64,000 bases of DNA, from the IMG/VR virus record IMGVR_UViG_2706795949_000001, positions 1 through 64,000 of that record; one strand, given 5' to 3'. The translations under genes and the position numbers were made by a program. This stretch comes from a virus (Duplodnaviria > Caudoviricetes). Positions 16,556 to 28,500 of the stretch are shown one piece after another (the first letter of the stretch is position 1; every line of letters starts with the position of its first letter). The notes beneath the pieces are model-generated. The model saw only the letters and a program-made list of their open reading frames with translations. It was not told the origin of the DNA and did not search any database.

Positions 16556-17055
16556 TTGATGCAAATACGCTGTGCTTCCCCAACAACGTCGTCGATTTTC
16601 TCGCGATTGCCCTTGAGGGAATTGATCCTGATTCTAGGATCAAGAAGCGTCCTATTGCCGATACCGATGACACGCAGACGATTGCGGTTTTTCCCGTAGC
16701 CTGGTCTCCAAATAATGATTCAATGGAGATGCAAGGTCGCAGAAATGAGCCGACGCTACAGCGCTATGTAATTATGGCTCAGTCATTCATCGCGGATATG
16801 GATGAGGAGCGCGGTATTCGGGCACACTCGCTGCTCGCTGCGCGCGTCCGGCATACGCTTTACCGGGGTGAGGCTGTGGCCCTAAACTTGCCTACGTTGA
16901 AGGTGACGTTTGAAGATACCGCAGGCTCGGTAGAGGAAAGGGTGGCTAGGTGGGGGATAACCGGTCAGGATTACATGAATAATCAGGTGCCTAGTACCGG
17001 TAAAAACCTGTTCCTTTCTACCACTGAAATATTTGTCGAGACCGAGTTCGTTTAG
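16552..17055 (+). CDS. Tail terminator-like protein
   Basis: Position before major tail protein; ATGA overlap. Confidence 0.55.
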   Translation: MIDANTLCFPNNVVDFLAIALEGIDPDSRIKKRPIADTDDTQTIAVFPVAWSPNNDSMEMQGRRNEPTLQRYVIMAQSFIADMDEERGIRAHSLLAARVRHTLYRGEAVALNLPTLKVTFEDTAGSVEERVARWGITGQDYMNNQVPSTGKNLFLSTTEIFVETEFV

Positions 17056-17070
17056 TAAGGAGACAGCGCA

Positions 17071-17403
17071 ATGGCTGTAAGTGACGAGCAGATCGCAGAA
17101 AAGAAGGCTCGTAACGAGGAGAACGCTGAGGAGATTGCTCGACTCAAGCGTGAAATTGCTCAGGCAGAAGCTGCCGAGGCTAATAACATCACCGCCGATG
17201 ACCTGGATCGCGAGAACGCGGTTCAGCAGGCAGAAATTGCACGGCTCCAGGCTGCCGCTGCTGCAATTAACGGACAGAAGAAGTCTCCGGAGCCCGCCGA
17301 GGCGGAAAAGCCGAAGGCAAAGACTGCCGACAATGCCACTGTTTCCGGAGACCAGCGGAATCCGACAAATTTCAGCGGCAAGCCCGCCGAAGGTAAGGAG
17401 TAA
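17071..17403 (+). CDS. Hypothetical coiled-coil protein
   Basis: AAGGAG RBS; Ala/Glu heptads. Confidence 0.7.
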   Translation: MAVSDEQIAEKKARNEENAEEIARLKREIAQAEAAEANNITADDLDRENAVQQAEIARLQAAAAAINGQKKSPEPAEAEKPKAKTADNATVSGDQRNPTNFSGKPAEGKE

Positions 17404-17408
17404 TAGAA

Positions 17409-18440
17409 ATGGGTTTCGGTTCTCAGAGCGGTCAGGTAATTCTGGGTGTGCAGTCGGCACCCGGCGTTACCCGTACCGATCTCGCCACCAAGGGTACCGC
17501 CCTTAAGCTGACCTCCGGTTCGCTTGCTGGTAATCGCGAGCTGCTTACTCCCGATCCTGAAATCGGCGGCAGTCGTTCGATCACCGACGCAAATCTCGGC
17601 CCGGTCAGCTTCTCGGGCGACTACGAAATGTACGTCCGATTCCGCTCGGCGGCGCTTTTGCTGTACGGTGCTCTCGGTGTTGTCGATTCGGACGCGGTGA
17701 CCGGCGCTCCGGCTGACACCGCTTTTGAGCATGTCATTACGGCTACCCCGAATTCGCAGCTTCCGTTCTTCACGATCTACGAGGAAATCTCGAACGATCT
17801 TGAGCGGTTCCTGTATACGGATGCCGTGGTCAACTCGTTCAGCCTGGAAGTTGACGCCGGTGGCTACCTCACTGCCACCGCCGGAATGCTTGCCCGACTG
17901 ATGACCGCCGGGGCGACGAATATCGACGGGACCAGCCTCATCGACAATACGTCGATGGTCGTTGGTACCAACGTTTTCCTGAAGTACAACGGTGTTTCGG
18001 TTCCGGCAAAGTCGTTCGGCCTTTCCATCGTGAATAACGTCGAGGACGACGACCACCGTCTCGGCTCGTTCTTCCTCGGTGACATGACGGCAAAGTCGCT
18101 CGAAGTTACCGGTTCGATGACTCTTCGTCATGATTCCGCCGCAAGGATGCGTCAGGCACTTTTCGGTTCGGCATCGGCGACCCAGATTGGCGGCCTTACC
18201 ACCAAGCAGGGCCTGCAAATTACGATGGAGTCGTATGTCGATATTCCCGGTGCCACCGGTACCAAGTGGAGCATCGACATTAACTGCCCCTTCACCATTC
18301 TCAACCCGTTTGCTTTCGAGCCGTCGGGCGATGACGTTCTGGAGAACGATATCGAGATGACGATGGTGCAGAATGATCCGGCACAGAGCATCATCACTGC
18401 GACGGTTCGCAATGATGTTGAGGACCTGCTCGCCGCATAA
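17409..18440 (+). CDS. Major tail (tube) protein
   Basis: 343 aa, beta-rich, upstream of the chaperones and TMP. Confidence 0.88.
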   Translation: MGFGSQSGQVILGVQSAPGVTRTDLATKGTALKLTSGSLAGNRELLTPDPEIGGSRSITDANLGPVSFSGDYEMYVRFRSAALLLYGALGVVDSDAVTGAPADTAFEHVITATPNSQLPFFTIYEEISNDLERFLYTDAVVNSFSLEVDAGGYLTATAGMLARLMTAGATNIDGTSLIDNTSMVVGTNVFLKYNGVSVPAKSFGLSIVNNVEDDDHRLGSFFLGDMTAKSLEVTGSMTLRHDSAARMRQALFGSASATQIGGLTTKQGLQITMESYVDIPGATGTKWSIDINCPFTILNPFAFEPSGDDVLENDIEMTMVQNDPAQSIITATVRNDVEDLLAA

Positions 18441-18441
18441 A

Positions 18442-18510
18442 TTTTTCCGCGTTGCGTCGGAAAAAGGATTCTCCCCCCGCGAGGCTCCCCCTCACCTTGC
18501 GGGGGGAGAA
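18442..18510 (+). terminator. Two tandem hairpins after the major tail gene
   Basis: TTTTTCCG/CGGAAAAA (18442-18465) and ATTCTCCCCCCGCGAGG/CCTTGCGGGGGGAGAAT (18468-18510). Confidence 0.65.
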
Positions 18511-18570
18511 TTCACCATTATAACTAAATACATTCTGCGAAAATCATTACGCCTATGAAAGGGCAAAAAG

Positions 18571-19182
18571 ATGAGCCTCCCCACGGAGAATACTGTGACC
18601 GACCCTACTTCGTTTGATTACGGCAAGACCCCCGAGGAAATTGCCGCCGATCAGCACGCCGCTTCTCAGGGAATCCCCCAGACTCGCCATGTGTTCATGG
18701 ATTACTGGGGCAAGGATGTCACCGAGAAGTTTTACTTCCCCGGCCAGGAGGGCCTGCCCGAGGAATACAAGCAGTACATCGAATTCAAGCCGATGAATGA
18801 GGGTGCCCGCGCCCGCTTCCAGAAAAAGACCAACCGTGGCGTCGTTATTGAGTCCCGCACTCAGAACGCGCGCATGAGTATGGACCCGGCCAGCGACCGC
18901 CGCGCCCTTTTCGAGGAGTCGGTGATTGATTGGCGTCTGGCCCGCAATGGCACGCTGATGAATTTCAGCCACCACGAGTTCATGCGGTGGGTCGAGACCG
19001 CCAACCCCAAGATCATCGACGAGCTGGAAACCGCAATTCGCAAGTCCAACGAGTGGATGATTAGCGAGCTGTCGTCCGAGGCAATCCGCGAGGAAATCGA
19101 GAACCTTGAGGATCGCTACAAGGAGGCCGTTAAGCGGGAAGAGGCCGAGGGAAATTTCGGCGTCAAGCGCGACAATTCGTAG
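18571..19182 (+). CDS. Tail assembly chaperone (G)
   Basis: Position between MTP and TMP; slippery sequence near its 3' end. Confidence 0.85.
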   Translation: MSLPTENTVTDPTSFDYGKTPEEIAADQHAASQGIPQTRHVFMDYWGKDVTEKFYFPGQEGLPEEYKQYIEFKPMNEGARARFQKKTNRGVVIESRTQNARMSMDPASDRRALFEESVIDWRLARNGTLMNFSHHEFMRWVETANPKIIDELETAIRKSNEWMISELSSEAIREEIENLEDRYKEAVKREEAEGNFGVKRDNS

Positions 19183-19427
19183 AAGGTAAACCGGTAGAAA
19201 ATCCGCACAACGCTATCCGCATGTTTATGATATGCGAAGCGATGAAGTGGAATCACCTGCCGGTTGCCGGAGGGATTTACGATCAAGACCCCGTGTTGAT
19301 GGACAAATTCTTCCACCTATTCGCTGAAAGAGCAGACTTTCAAGCGAAAGAAGCGAAAAAGCGCGAGAACGAGCAAAAAAGAAAATCAGGACGAGGACGG
19401 GTGTCCCGCCCCACGACACGGCGCTGA
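18571..19427 (+). CDS. Tail assembly chaperone GT, -1 frameshift product
   Basis: G GGA AAT TTC at 19149-19158; the -1 frame stays open (FRRQARQF...) into the 19221-19427 ORF with LPVAGGIYDQDP. Confidence 0.85.
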
Positions 19428-19451
19428 CCGTAACGTGGCGGCGGGGCACCC
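19399..19451 (+). other. Stem-loop spanning the chaperone stop, upstream of TMP
   Basis: GGGTGTCCCGCC/GGCGGGGCACCC plus inner CCACG/CGTGG. Confidence 0.55.
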
Positions 19452-19521
19452 GTTGCTTTATGCTGGTCAATACGGAAAAGGACACAGTGGAGGTCCACGT
19501 ACTAGAGGATATTAAATCCCG

Positions 19522-22500
19522 ATGACACCCGCAGAATTGCGAATTCTTGTCACCGTCCGTTCCGCAGAAGCTAAGCGCGCATTAGCCGGTCTCAAAACTT
19601 TGATGGGGCAAATTGCTGCCCAGACCAGCCTTGCTTCTACTGAAATGCGCGGATTCAACGGCACCGTTTCTTCTTCGGTCGTTCCTCTTCGGAACGCCGG
19701 AAAAGAGGCTGCCGATTTGGCGGCGGCACTTTCACTTATTGGCAAGAGCAACGCAGCTAAGACACTTACTGGCATCCATACGGCATCCAGTTCAGCGCAG
19801 CGCAGCATGGGGCTTCTGGCAAAGAATTCCACGTCCGCAGCTACCGGACTGAGTGCCGTTTATACTGGCGCAAGCCGTGCCACGATTGGCATTAATAAGC
19901 TGGTTGTTTCCAGCGGAAAAATTAAGACCGTCGGCGCAGATTTCCAGACTGCCGCGACCGGCGTGAAATCCCTGAACCGATCCCTTGCCACGACGCATAC
20001 GGGGTCGGTTCGTGCTGCCGGTGGCATGGAAACCGCCGCGCTGGCCGCACGCAATCTCGGCGCTGCCGGTGCCGCCGCCGCCGCCGGTCTCGGTGGTGCC
20101 GCCGGTGCCGCCGCCGCGCTCGGGACCGCGACCAAGGCAACCGCCGCCGCGACCGGGGCCGCAACCGCCGCGACCGCTGCCGGTGCCGCCGCGCAAGCGA
20201 CGTTCGCGCAAAGGCTCGCCGCGAGTTCGGACGAGATGCGGAAAAACGGCTCGCGGATGCAGTGGGCTGGTCGGCAAATTGCGCTGGCGTTCACCGCGCC
20301 GGTTCTTTTGGCTGGCGGTATCGCGACCAAGTTCGCGCTTGATCTTGAAAAGCAAATGACACGCCTGGAAAAGGTTTACGGCGACGTAAACGGAAACCAG
20401 GCGCAATACCGCATGGAACTCGAAAAGCTGGGACAGGCTTTCGAGTTGATGAGTAATCGCTACGGTATTGCCCAGGAAGATATTACCGCAATTGGCGCAG
20501 CATGGGCCGAGGCCGGTAAAGAGGGCGCATCCCTCGCGAAGTACACCCAGCTAACCGCTGAGGCCATGATTATCGGCGATATTACCGCCGATCAGGCCGC
20601 GCAGTCGATGCAGGCGCTTTCTCTCCAGTGGGGCATTGGTACGGCTAAATCCAAGACCGCTGGTGCCGAGATGCTGAATATGTCGGACGCCGTTGGCATC
20701 CTGAATATGGCATCGAATGTCACGCAGGCGAGCTACCAGGATTTGATTGACGCAATGTCGCGCACCGGTTCTACCGCGCGCGGCACCGGCCTGACTTTCC
20801 GTGAAACCACGGCGGTCATGACCACGCTGGTTCGCGTCACAGGTTCCGCCGCAACCGCCGGTAATGGCATGAAGTCGATCCTGTCTCGAATGCTGGCCCC
20901 GACGCGCGAAGCCGCCGCCGCAATGGCGGAACTCGGCGCGAGCGAAGAGGCAATTGCCGGATCGAACGACGCCGTCCGGCAAATGGGAATTGACGTAGAC
21001 GATATGGCATGGCGCGCAAAGCCTGCCGGTGATCGTCTGCGTGAAATTGCCAAGCGCTACCAGGAACTGGATATGCAGAGTCAGGCTGACTTTGCCAAGC
21101 CATTTGCTGGCCTGTACCAGATTGACCGTTTCCGTCAGATTATGGCCGACCTTGCCAATGAGCAGGGCAACTATAACAAGGTCATGAAGGAAACTGCCGA
21201 CCTGGAACGAAACCAGCAGCAGTACCAAAAAGAGCTGACAGCGTTCCTGGAATCTAATCCGCAGAAGATGAAAATTGCGGGTCAGATTATCAAGAACTCG
21301 ATGATCGACGTTATTGTTCCGCTTCTGCCGACCATCGTCAAGATCGCTATGGCGATTGCGAAAATGGTGAAGGCATTTTCGGAGCTGCCTCAGGGCACAC
21401 AAAACTTCATCCTTATCGGCCTGGCGCTGCTGGCAATGGTTGGTCCGCTGGCGATTATTATTGCCAGCTTCAAGGTTCTCTTCGGAATTCTTGGTGGCGG
21501 TCTCGCAAAACTTATCGGCTTTTTCACCGTCACAGGTAAAGCCGCCGGTGGTGCAGCGGGCTCGTTCTTCCGGTTTTCCAAGGCCGGTCGCGCCGCCGCA
21601 CAGGCAAACAAGGCGGCTGCCGCCGAGATAGCCGGGTCGGGAAAGGCGGGATTCGGATCGTTCGTTAAATCGGCTGCCGGTGGTGCTCGTGCTGCTGTTG
21701 CATCGTGGGTGCGTGGAATGCGTGGAATTACCACGTCGACCGCCGCCGCCGGTGCTGCAAATGCTGCCGCGCAAACCAAGAACAATGCAATTATGCTGGC
21801 CCGTCTCAGTGGCGGAATGGCGGCAATGCAGGCCGCGCAGGCAAAGGGCGAGGCGGCGCGTCTCGGTGTTATTCGGACCTACGGAAATCTCGCTGCCGTT
21901 CAGGAGCAGGTAAACCAGGCGAAGCGTACCGGCGTGGTTGCTGGTGGCTCTAAGGCGCGGGCTGCTGCCGAGGCCGCTGGAAATGCCAAGCAGGTTACGT
22001 CGACTAACGTCGCACAATACAAGATTCGTGGCGCAGTACAGGCATCTGGTAATTACCAGGTGGCTGCGACCGTTCGTGCCCAAAATGCCATGACTATGGC
22101 AATTATTGCTGGCGGAAATAAGCAGGCCGCTGCTGCCGCTGCTGCTGGTCGAAAGACTGCCGCTGCAAACGCAGCCGGTGCCGCTGCTGCCGGAAAGGCC
22201 AGCAAGGGCAAGGTCAGGGGTGGCGGAATTCTCGGCACGGCACTGACCGCTGCAATGTTTATCCCGCCGAGCCTGTTCAAGAATATTGGCTCGCTTCTCA
22301 AGACCGGGTTTTCGTGGGTCGGCAAAAACATTGGCACACTCTTCAAGAAGATGGGAATTAACTCTGCCAAGAGTTTCGGCCAGTCCCTCGTAAAGGGTCT
22401 CGGTGGCAAGGGTGGCATTATCGGTGCCGCAATTGCCGCTGTCGTGGGCATGTTTGCTTTTGCCTGGGAAGATATCAAGAAGTCGGCAACTCGGATTTTC

Positions 22501-25500
22501 GGTGGAGAATCCAAGGTGCCGGTTCTTGCGCGCCCATTTGTTTTTGCGATTGACGTAATTGTCGCAATGCTAAAGAAGCTGCCCGCCGTTGTGCTGGCGG
22601 TTTTCAAGGCTGTCCTGAATATCATTACGTCCATTGCGAAGGCCGTTTACAAGGCGTTCAGCTACATTAACCCGTTCGCGCGTCACTCGCCGTCGCTGGT
22701 GGAAAATGTTACCAATGGCATGGCAATTGTTACTAGCCAGTTTGGTGATGCTTCCAAGAAAATTCAGGGCGACATGCGCGCCGCGTACGGCGCAATTAAG
22801 CAGTTCGGTTCCGCCACGGCGAACCTGAATGTTCAGTCCGCCGGTATCCAGCGCAACAAGGATATCGACACCCTGAATACTGCCGACCCGAGTGGTGCGG
22901 CTGCTGCGAGCTACCGCGCCCTGGAAAGCCATACCAAGGTTCTTGAGCAGAATTCGATCAAGCTCAATGCTCAGCTGCAAAAGCAGCAGGGAATTGTTAC
23001 CGCGCTGACGAATAAGGTCAAGGCTGCCGACAAGGCAATCGATAAAATGCAGGAGACGATGAGTCTTCTGGAATCCATTGCCGAGGCTACCGGTAAGGCC
23101 CTTTCGGCTGCACAGGAGCAGCTTGATTATTACGCGAATGCCCCGATCAAGGGTATGCGCGCAATGTCTGATGCCATTTTCGAGAATGAAATGGCGCAGA
23201 AGCGTTTCCAGCTCCAAATCATAAAGCTCGAAGAGGCGGGCGAATCGGTCGACGGATTGGCCGATAAGTACGCAGCATTGCAGGGGCAGATTGAAACTCT
23301 GTCCGGCGAGCGAATTGATTTGCAGCAGAAGGGCGCTGGTTCCGACATTTTGTCGACCTACGACAAAATGATTGCTGATCTGAAGGCTCAGCAGAACGAA
23401 GCGCTTTCCGGTCCGTCTACCGAGATCGAGAAGCTGAATAAGTCGCTCGACGAACTCAAGACCAAGGGCGAAATGCTCAATCTTGAGCAGTCGCTGAAGT
23501 TCGATCCGTTGACGCGGCAGATTGACCAGCTCGTTAATTCGGAAAAAGAGCTCGACTTTAATACCATCCGGAACGGAGTTATTTCTTACAAGGCACAGGT
23601 CGAGGGTCTGACCTTTGCGAATAATCTGGCTACCACCGCTGTTACCGCGCAGCAGGCGGCAATTGATGGTGCCACAAAGTCTCGGGACGAGCTGCAAAAG
23701 CGCCTGGACCTGGAAGAGGAAAAGCTCTCCGGAATTCAGGATACCTACCAGCAAAACCAGGACGCACTGGATGCCGTGCGCGAGGCAATGTCTGGCCTGG
23801 TGTCCAGCGCCGATACGGTTATCCAGAAGATCGAAGAGGAAAAGCAAAAGGTCGAAGACCTGAAAAATAGTCTCGACAGCGCCGCCGATGCCGCCCAGGC
23901 ATTCGGCGATACTGGCGTGCATATTCCTCCGCTGGATGCACAGGAAACCGAAGAATCGCTCGACAAGTTCATCGAGGATATCGAGAAGCAGCTCAAGGAA
24001 TCCTTCGGAAATCTTAACCCGTTCTCAGGACTGGGCGAGAAGATCAAGAATTTCTTCAAGGGTCTCGGTCCGAAGATTAAGGGCTGGCTGAACGAGGCCA
24101 TTCCCGCGATTATCAGCTTCATGTACGAGCTGCCCGGTAAAATTGCTGCGGCAATTAGCTACCTGTCCGGCTATATTGGAGGACTTCTGGCTAAGCTGCT
24201 TGTCGGGGCATTGCTGGCGCTGAAGTGGGTTTTCTGGGATTTGCCTCAGATGATTTGGGAGTGGCTGTCTGGAATTGACTGGGGTGCCGTCGGTACCACG
24301 GTGATGGGCTTTATTAAGGGCCTGTTCACCGGTGAGACCTGGGCAAATGTTGGCGAATGGTTGAAGACCTCGGGCAAGGATATTATTCTCGGCCTGCTTG
24401 AGGGAATCGGAAATGCTGTCGCCGGTATTGGTCAGTGGGCCTATGATAATATCGTCGCCCCGTTTGTTCAGGGATTCAAGGACGCCCTGGGTATCGCGTC
24501 GCCGTCGAAGGTTTTCGACGGCTTCGGTGGCGATATTATTACCGGACTGTACAACGGACTCGTCAATACCGTCGGCAACGTTATTACCTGGTTCCGTGAG
24601 CTTCCTGGAAAACTCTTCGAGGCTATCGGTAACCTGGGCGAATTCCTGGGACGCAAGTTCACGGATGCTCTGAACTGGATTAAGGACAACCTGCCGAGTT
24701 GGGCTAGTGGAATTCTCGACTTCTTCCGCAACCTGCCCGACCTTATCAAGGGCGCACTGAGCAAGATTCGCGAAAAGCTCAAGGTGCCGATTGATGCGGT
24801 CGTTAATGTCGTGTACACCAATGGTATCCGGAAAATCTGGAATAACACCGCTGGCAAAATCGGTCTGCCGGAAATGCCTGCCTATGAACCGCACGCCAAG
24901 GGCGGCAGCGTGGGCGGCAGGATAGTCGGACCGGGAACTGGCACGAGCGACAGTATTCTGACGCAGGCCAAGGCTGGCAGTGAGATTTTCACTGCTCGCG
25001 AGGTCAGCAATGCCGGTGGTTTCCGTGGCCTGGAAGCCCTGCTGTTTGGCATGGGCGTCCGTGGCGGCGGTGCCGGTGGCGGAAATATGGTTCCCGTTGC
25101 CCTGAGTAACGGCGAATATAAGCTCGATCCGCGACAGGTCGCGCAATTGGGCGGCAGCGCTGCGGTCAAGCAATTGCGTGCAGCACTGGCTTCCGGTCAA
25201 ATTCCGGGACACGATGTTGGTGGCGTTATCAAAGATATCGCCAGCCTGCCGGGGAAGGCGGCAGGAAAGGCGCTGGATACCGGACGTGGCGCGGCTGCGT
25301 CACTGGTGGAAAAGGCACTCGATCAGCTCGACAAGTTGATCCCGGATTTGCTGACTCCTCCCGGTGGCGACGCCGGTCGAATTCCGCAAGCGACGTTCGA
25401 CAAAATCCGCGATGGTATTGTCACGACGATTCGCGGCTCGGGGCACCGTTTCGGCGGCACCGTGCGAATTCCCCGTATGGCGACGGGCGGAACTGTACCC

Positions 25501-28500
25501 TCGGGCGGCGCTAGCGTCGCCACGGGCAGCACAGCGGCGGTGGCTGGCTCTGCCGGAGCACCGGGCGGCGTCGACCTGGGGACCGGTGCCGGTCTCGCGG
25601 CGGCGGTCGCCGGGAGCACCGACGCGGCGGCGGCAATCTGGGAAAGCTATTATTCTCAGATTGAGACGGAGCAGGTTGCAAATAATACTGCGATGCAGGC
25701 TCAGCAAATTATGACCGATTCGGCCATGCTTGCTCAGCAGACAGCGCAAATTGCAGCACTGACGACGGCGAACACGAATTACCGAGCTGCCGAAGTTGTC
25801 GCTCAGACCGCTTTCCAGTCGCAGGTCCAGGCGTCCGACCTGGCACATAAGAATACGCTGACGACTCAGCTCACGAGTTTTGCAACCGCGCAGACTCAGG
25901 GCTGGGGAGCTTTGCGTACCTCGGTCACAGATTCTGTCACCGGAATGCAGGCAGATATTACCGCCCGCTTCCAGGACATGAATAACAGCATCGTCGATAT
26001 TGTCGAGAACGGAATTAACCCGACTATCGGCAGCTTCGAGGGAATGTTGAATGCTGCGGTTGGCTGGTTTGATAATGCCGCAACGGATATTGGCACGCAG
26101 TGGGCACGCACTTTGCCTGCCGTGCAAGACCCGTCGCGCGCCATTATTAACTCGGTCTACAACGACGGCGTTCGCGTTGCGTGGAGCAAGGTTCACACGT
26201 GGCTCGATTTGCCGGAGCTTGAGCAGTTCGTCGCGCCTTTCGCAAAGGGTGGTTCGCTGGGGCCGGATAAGATGGTCGGCGTTTCGTCGCTGAGTAATCC
26301 GAATAGCCCGAAGTCCGTCCGCAACGGCGGGCCATTGCGTGCTGCCAGCGCGAGCCGTGATTCCACGCTTTTTGCTGGAATGCGCGGTGAGTATGTCCTG
26401 AATAAGAAGATGGTTCAGGGTGCCGGTGGAATTTCTAACTTGGAAGCATGGCGCAAGGCTACGCTTTCGGGCAAGAGTCCGATTCAGACTGGCGGCACGA
26501 TTAATTTCGACGCGGTTCCGGGATTTGCTAACGGTGGCGCGCTCGGAATGACCGCGCGTCGCGAGCATCAGTCGGTGCCCGGTGTTATTCAGGAAGTGCC
26601 GAAGCGACTCAAGCCGTATTACAACCGCGTCTACGATTACGGCGGCGGCGGTCAGGCTGGCCGTGGTTATGACTGCTCGGGTTGGACTGGCGCTGTTCAC
26701 CAGATTCTGACTGGCGGAAATCACGTCGGGCGTATTTGGACGACCGAAGTCAATTTCGGTTCTTACGGCTACAAGCGCGGTAAGGACGGCTATTGGTCGA
26801 TGGGCGTGCATAACGGTGGCGGCGGAATGAATTCGCACACCGCCGGTACGCTCGCCGGAGTTAACTACGAATCCGGTGGCGCACACAATACGTCCACATG
26901 GGGTCCGCACGCTGCGGGCACAATTAATCCGCTCTTCGAGAATCAGTATTACCTGCCCGACCTCGGCGGCAAGTTTATTGGTTCTCCCGGTGGCGGTCCC
27001 GGTGCCGTTTCTATTACGCCGATGTTGCTCGATATGTGGGATGAGCACATGAACGGCGTGAAGAATACGGTCCAGGGTCTCGCTTTTGGCGGATCAATTG
27101 GTCGTAATCCGATGGCAGCTTTTGACAAGTTCAATAAGCTGCGCGACGTTATCAAGAAGAAGGGCGAAGAAAAGGACGCACAGGCAGCAGCCTCCGCGCT
27201 CGCCGAATACGGCCAGGCGGCAGCCGGGTCATATGGCGGTGGCGTGGAGCGGTGGCGCTCGGTGGTTCAGGACGTTCTGCGGATTACGGGAAATCCGTTG
27301 TCGTGGGACGAGCTGACGCTGGCGCAAATGGCTACCGAATCGGGCGGTAACCCGCGCGCAATTAATCTCTGGGACAGCAACGCTCAAAAGGGCACGCCGT
27401 CCAAGGGCCTGATGCAGGTTATTGATCCGACGTTCGCTGCGTACCGTGATCCTCGATTCCCGAATGATATTTGGGATCCTCGGGCAAATATTGCCGCTGG
27501 TCTCAATTGGGCAAAAACCAAGGGCGGACCGCCTGCGGTGTGGGGACGTGGACACGGATACGACGCGGGCGGCTGGTTGCAGCCGGGTATGACTCAGGCC
27601 ATTAATCTCACCGGAAAGCCGGAGGCTATTCTCACGAATACCGACTGGAAGGCGATTTACAAGGCTGCGATGAAGCCCGAGGTCGACGTTAATATGATCG
27701 CCGAAGGCTACGTGCAGGCAATGGAGAAAATCTATGGCCTTAACGTGGACCAGAAGATCGAAAATAGCACTGCCGCTGCGACGCAATACGCATTGCAGGG
27801 GCAGAACGCAAAGTGGAATCCGGTCATTATTGAGCAGGCTCAGGAAACCACAAATGCGGTGCAGACGACGACCAACGCCGTGAAAGACACGACCTCTGCG
27901 GTGTACAAGACGACCGATACTCTCGGTAATGTTCTTGGCGTCAATGAGAAAATGTCTGACCAGCTAAAGGCGATGACAGAGGTGTTGACCACGATTTCGG
28001 GCGTTGGTTCCGGAATTTCGGTTACTGCCAACGAGGACGGCACTTTCGCATACGAGGTTGGATTCAGCGCATTTGTTCCATTGCTGAATGCAGCCGCCGG
28101 ATTGATCGAAAAGCTGCCTGACGCTGAGCCTACTTATGTTTCTTGGGCTGGTACTGGAATTCCGGTTACCAAGGCCATGAAGCAGGAAAAGATGCTCAAC
28201 GATATCTCGAATGGATCGAAGGGTCTTTACTACGCATTCAAGACGATTGCACCGCCCGTGCTTAAGCATGTGGGAATTATTGGTGGTGCGGTCGAGACAA
28301 TGGTTAAGCAGGATAGTGCAGCGTGGAGTTCTGCAATTGCAGCAATTGCCGCCAACAATCCTGCCGGTTATGTCGCCGCTGTCCTCTTGGTGCTAAAGAG
28401 CATCCTCACGCTCCTGCCGCTTATTTTGAACGCAATTATGGATATCGTTCCCACGATGATTCAGTCCATCATCGCGTTCTTCACTAAGTTTGAACCGGAC

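Noticed and set aside
12884-27048. Long antisense ORFs over the capsid, tail and TMP genes (e.g. 370, 419, 510, 450, 395, 582 aa)
   Set aside because: They are shadows of codon bias in well-supported + strand genes, with no RBS context or recognisable motifs
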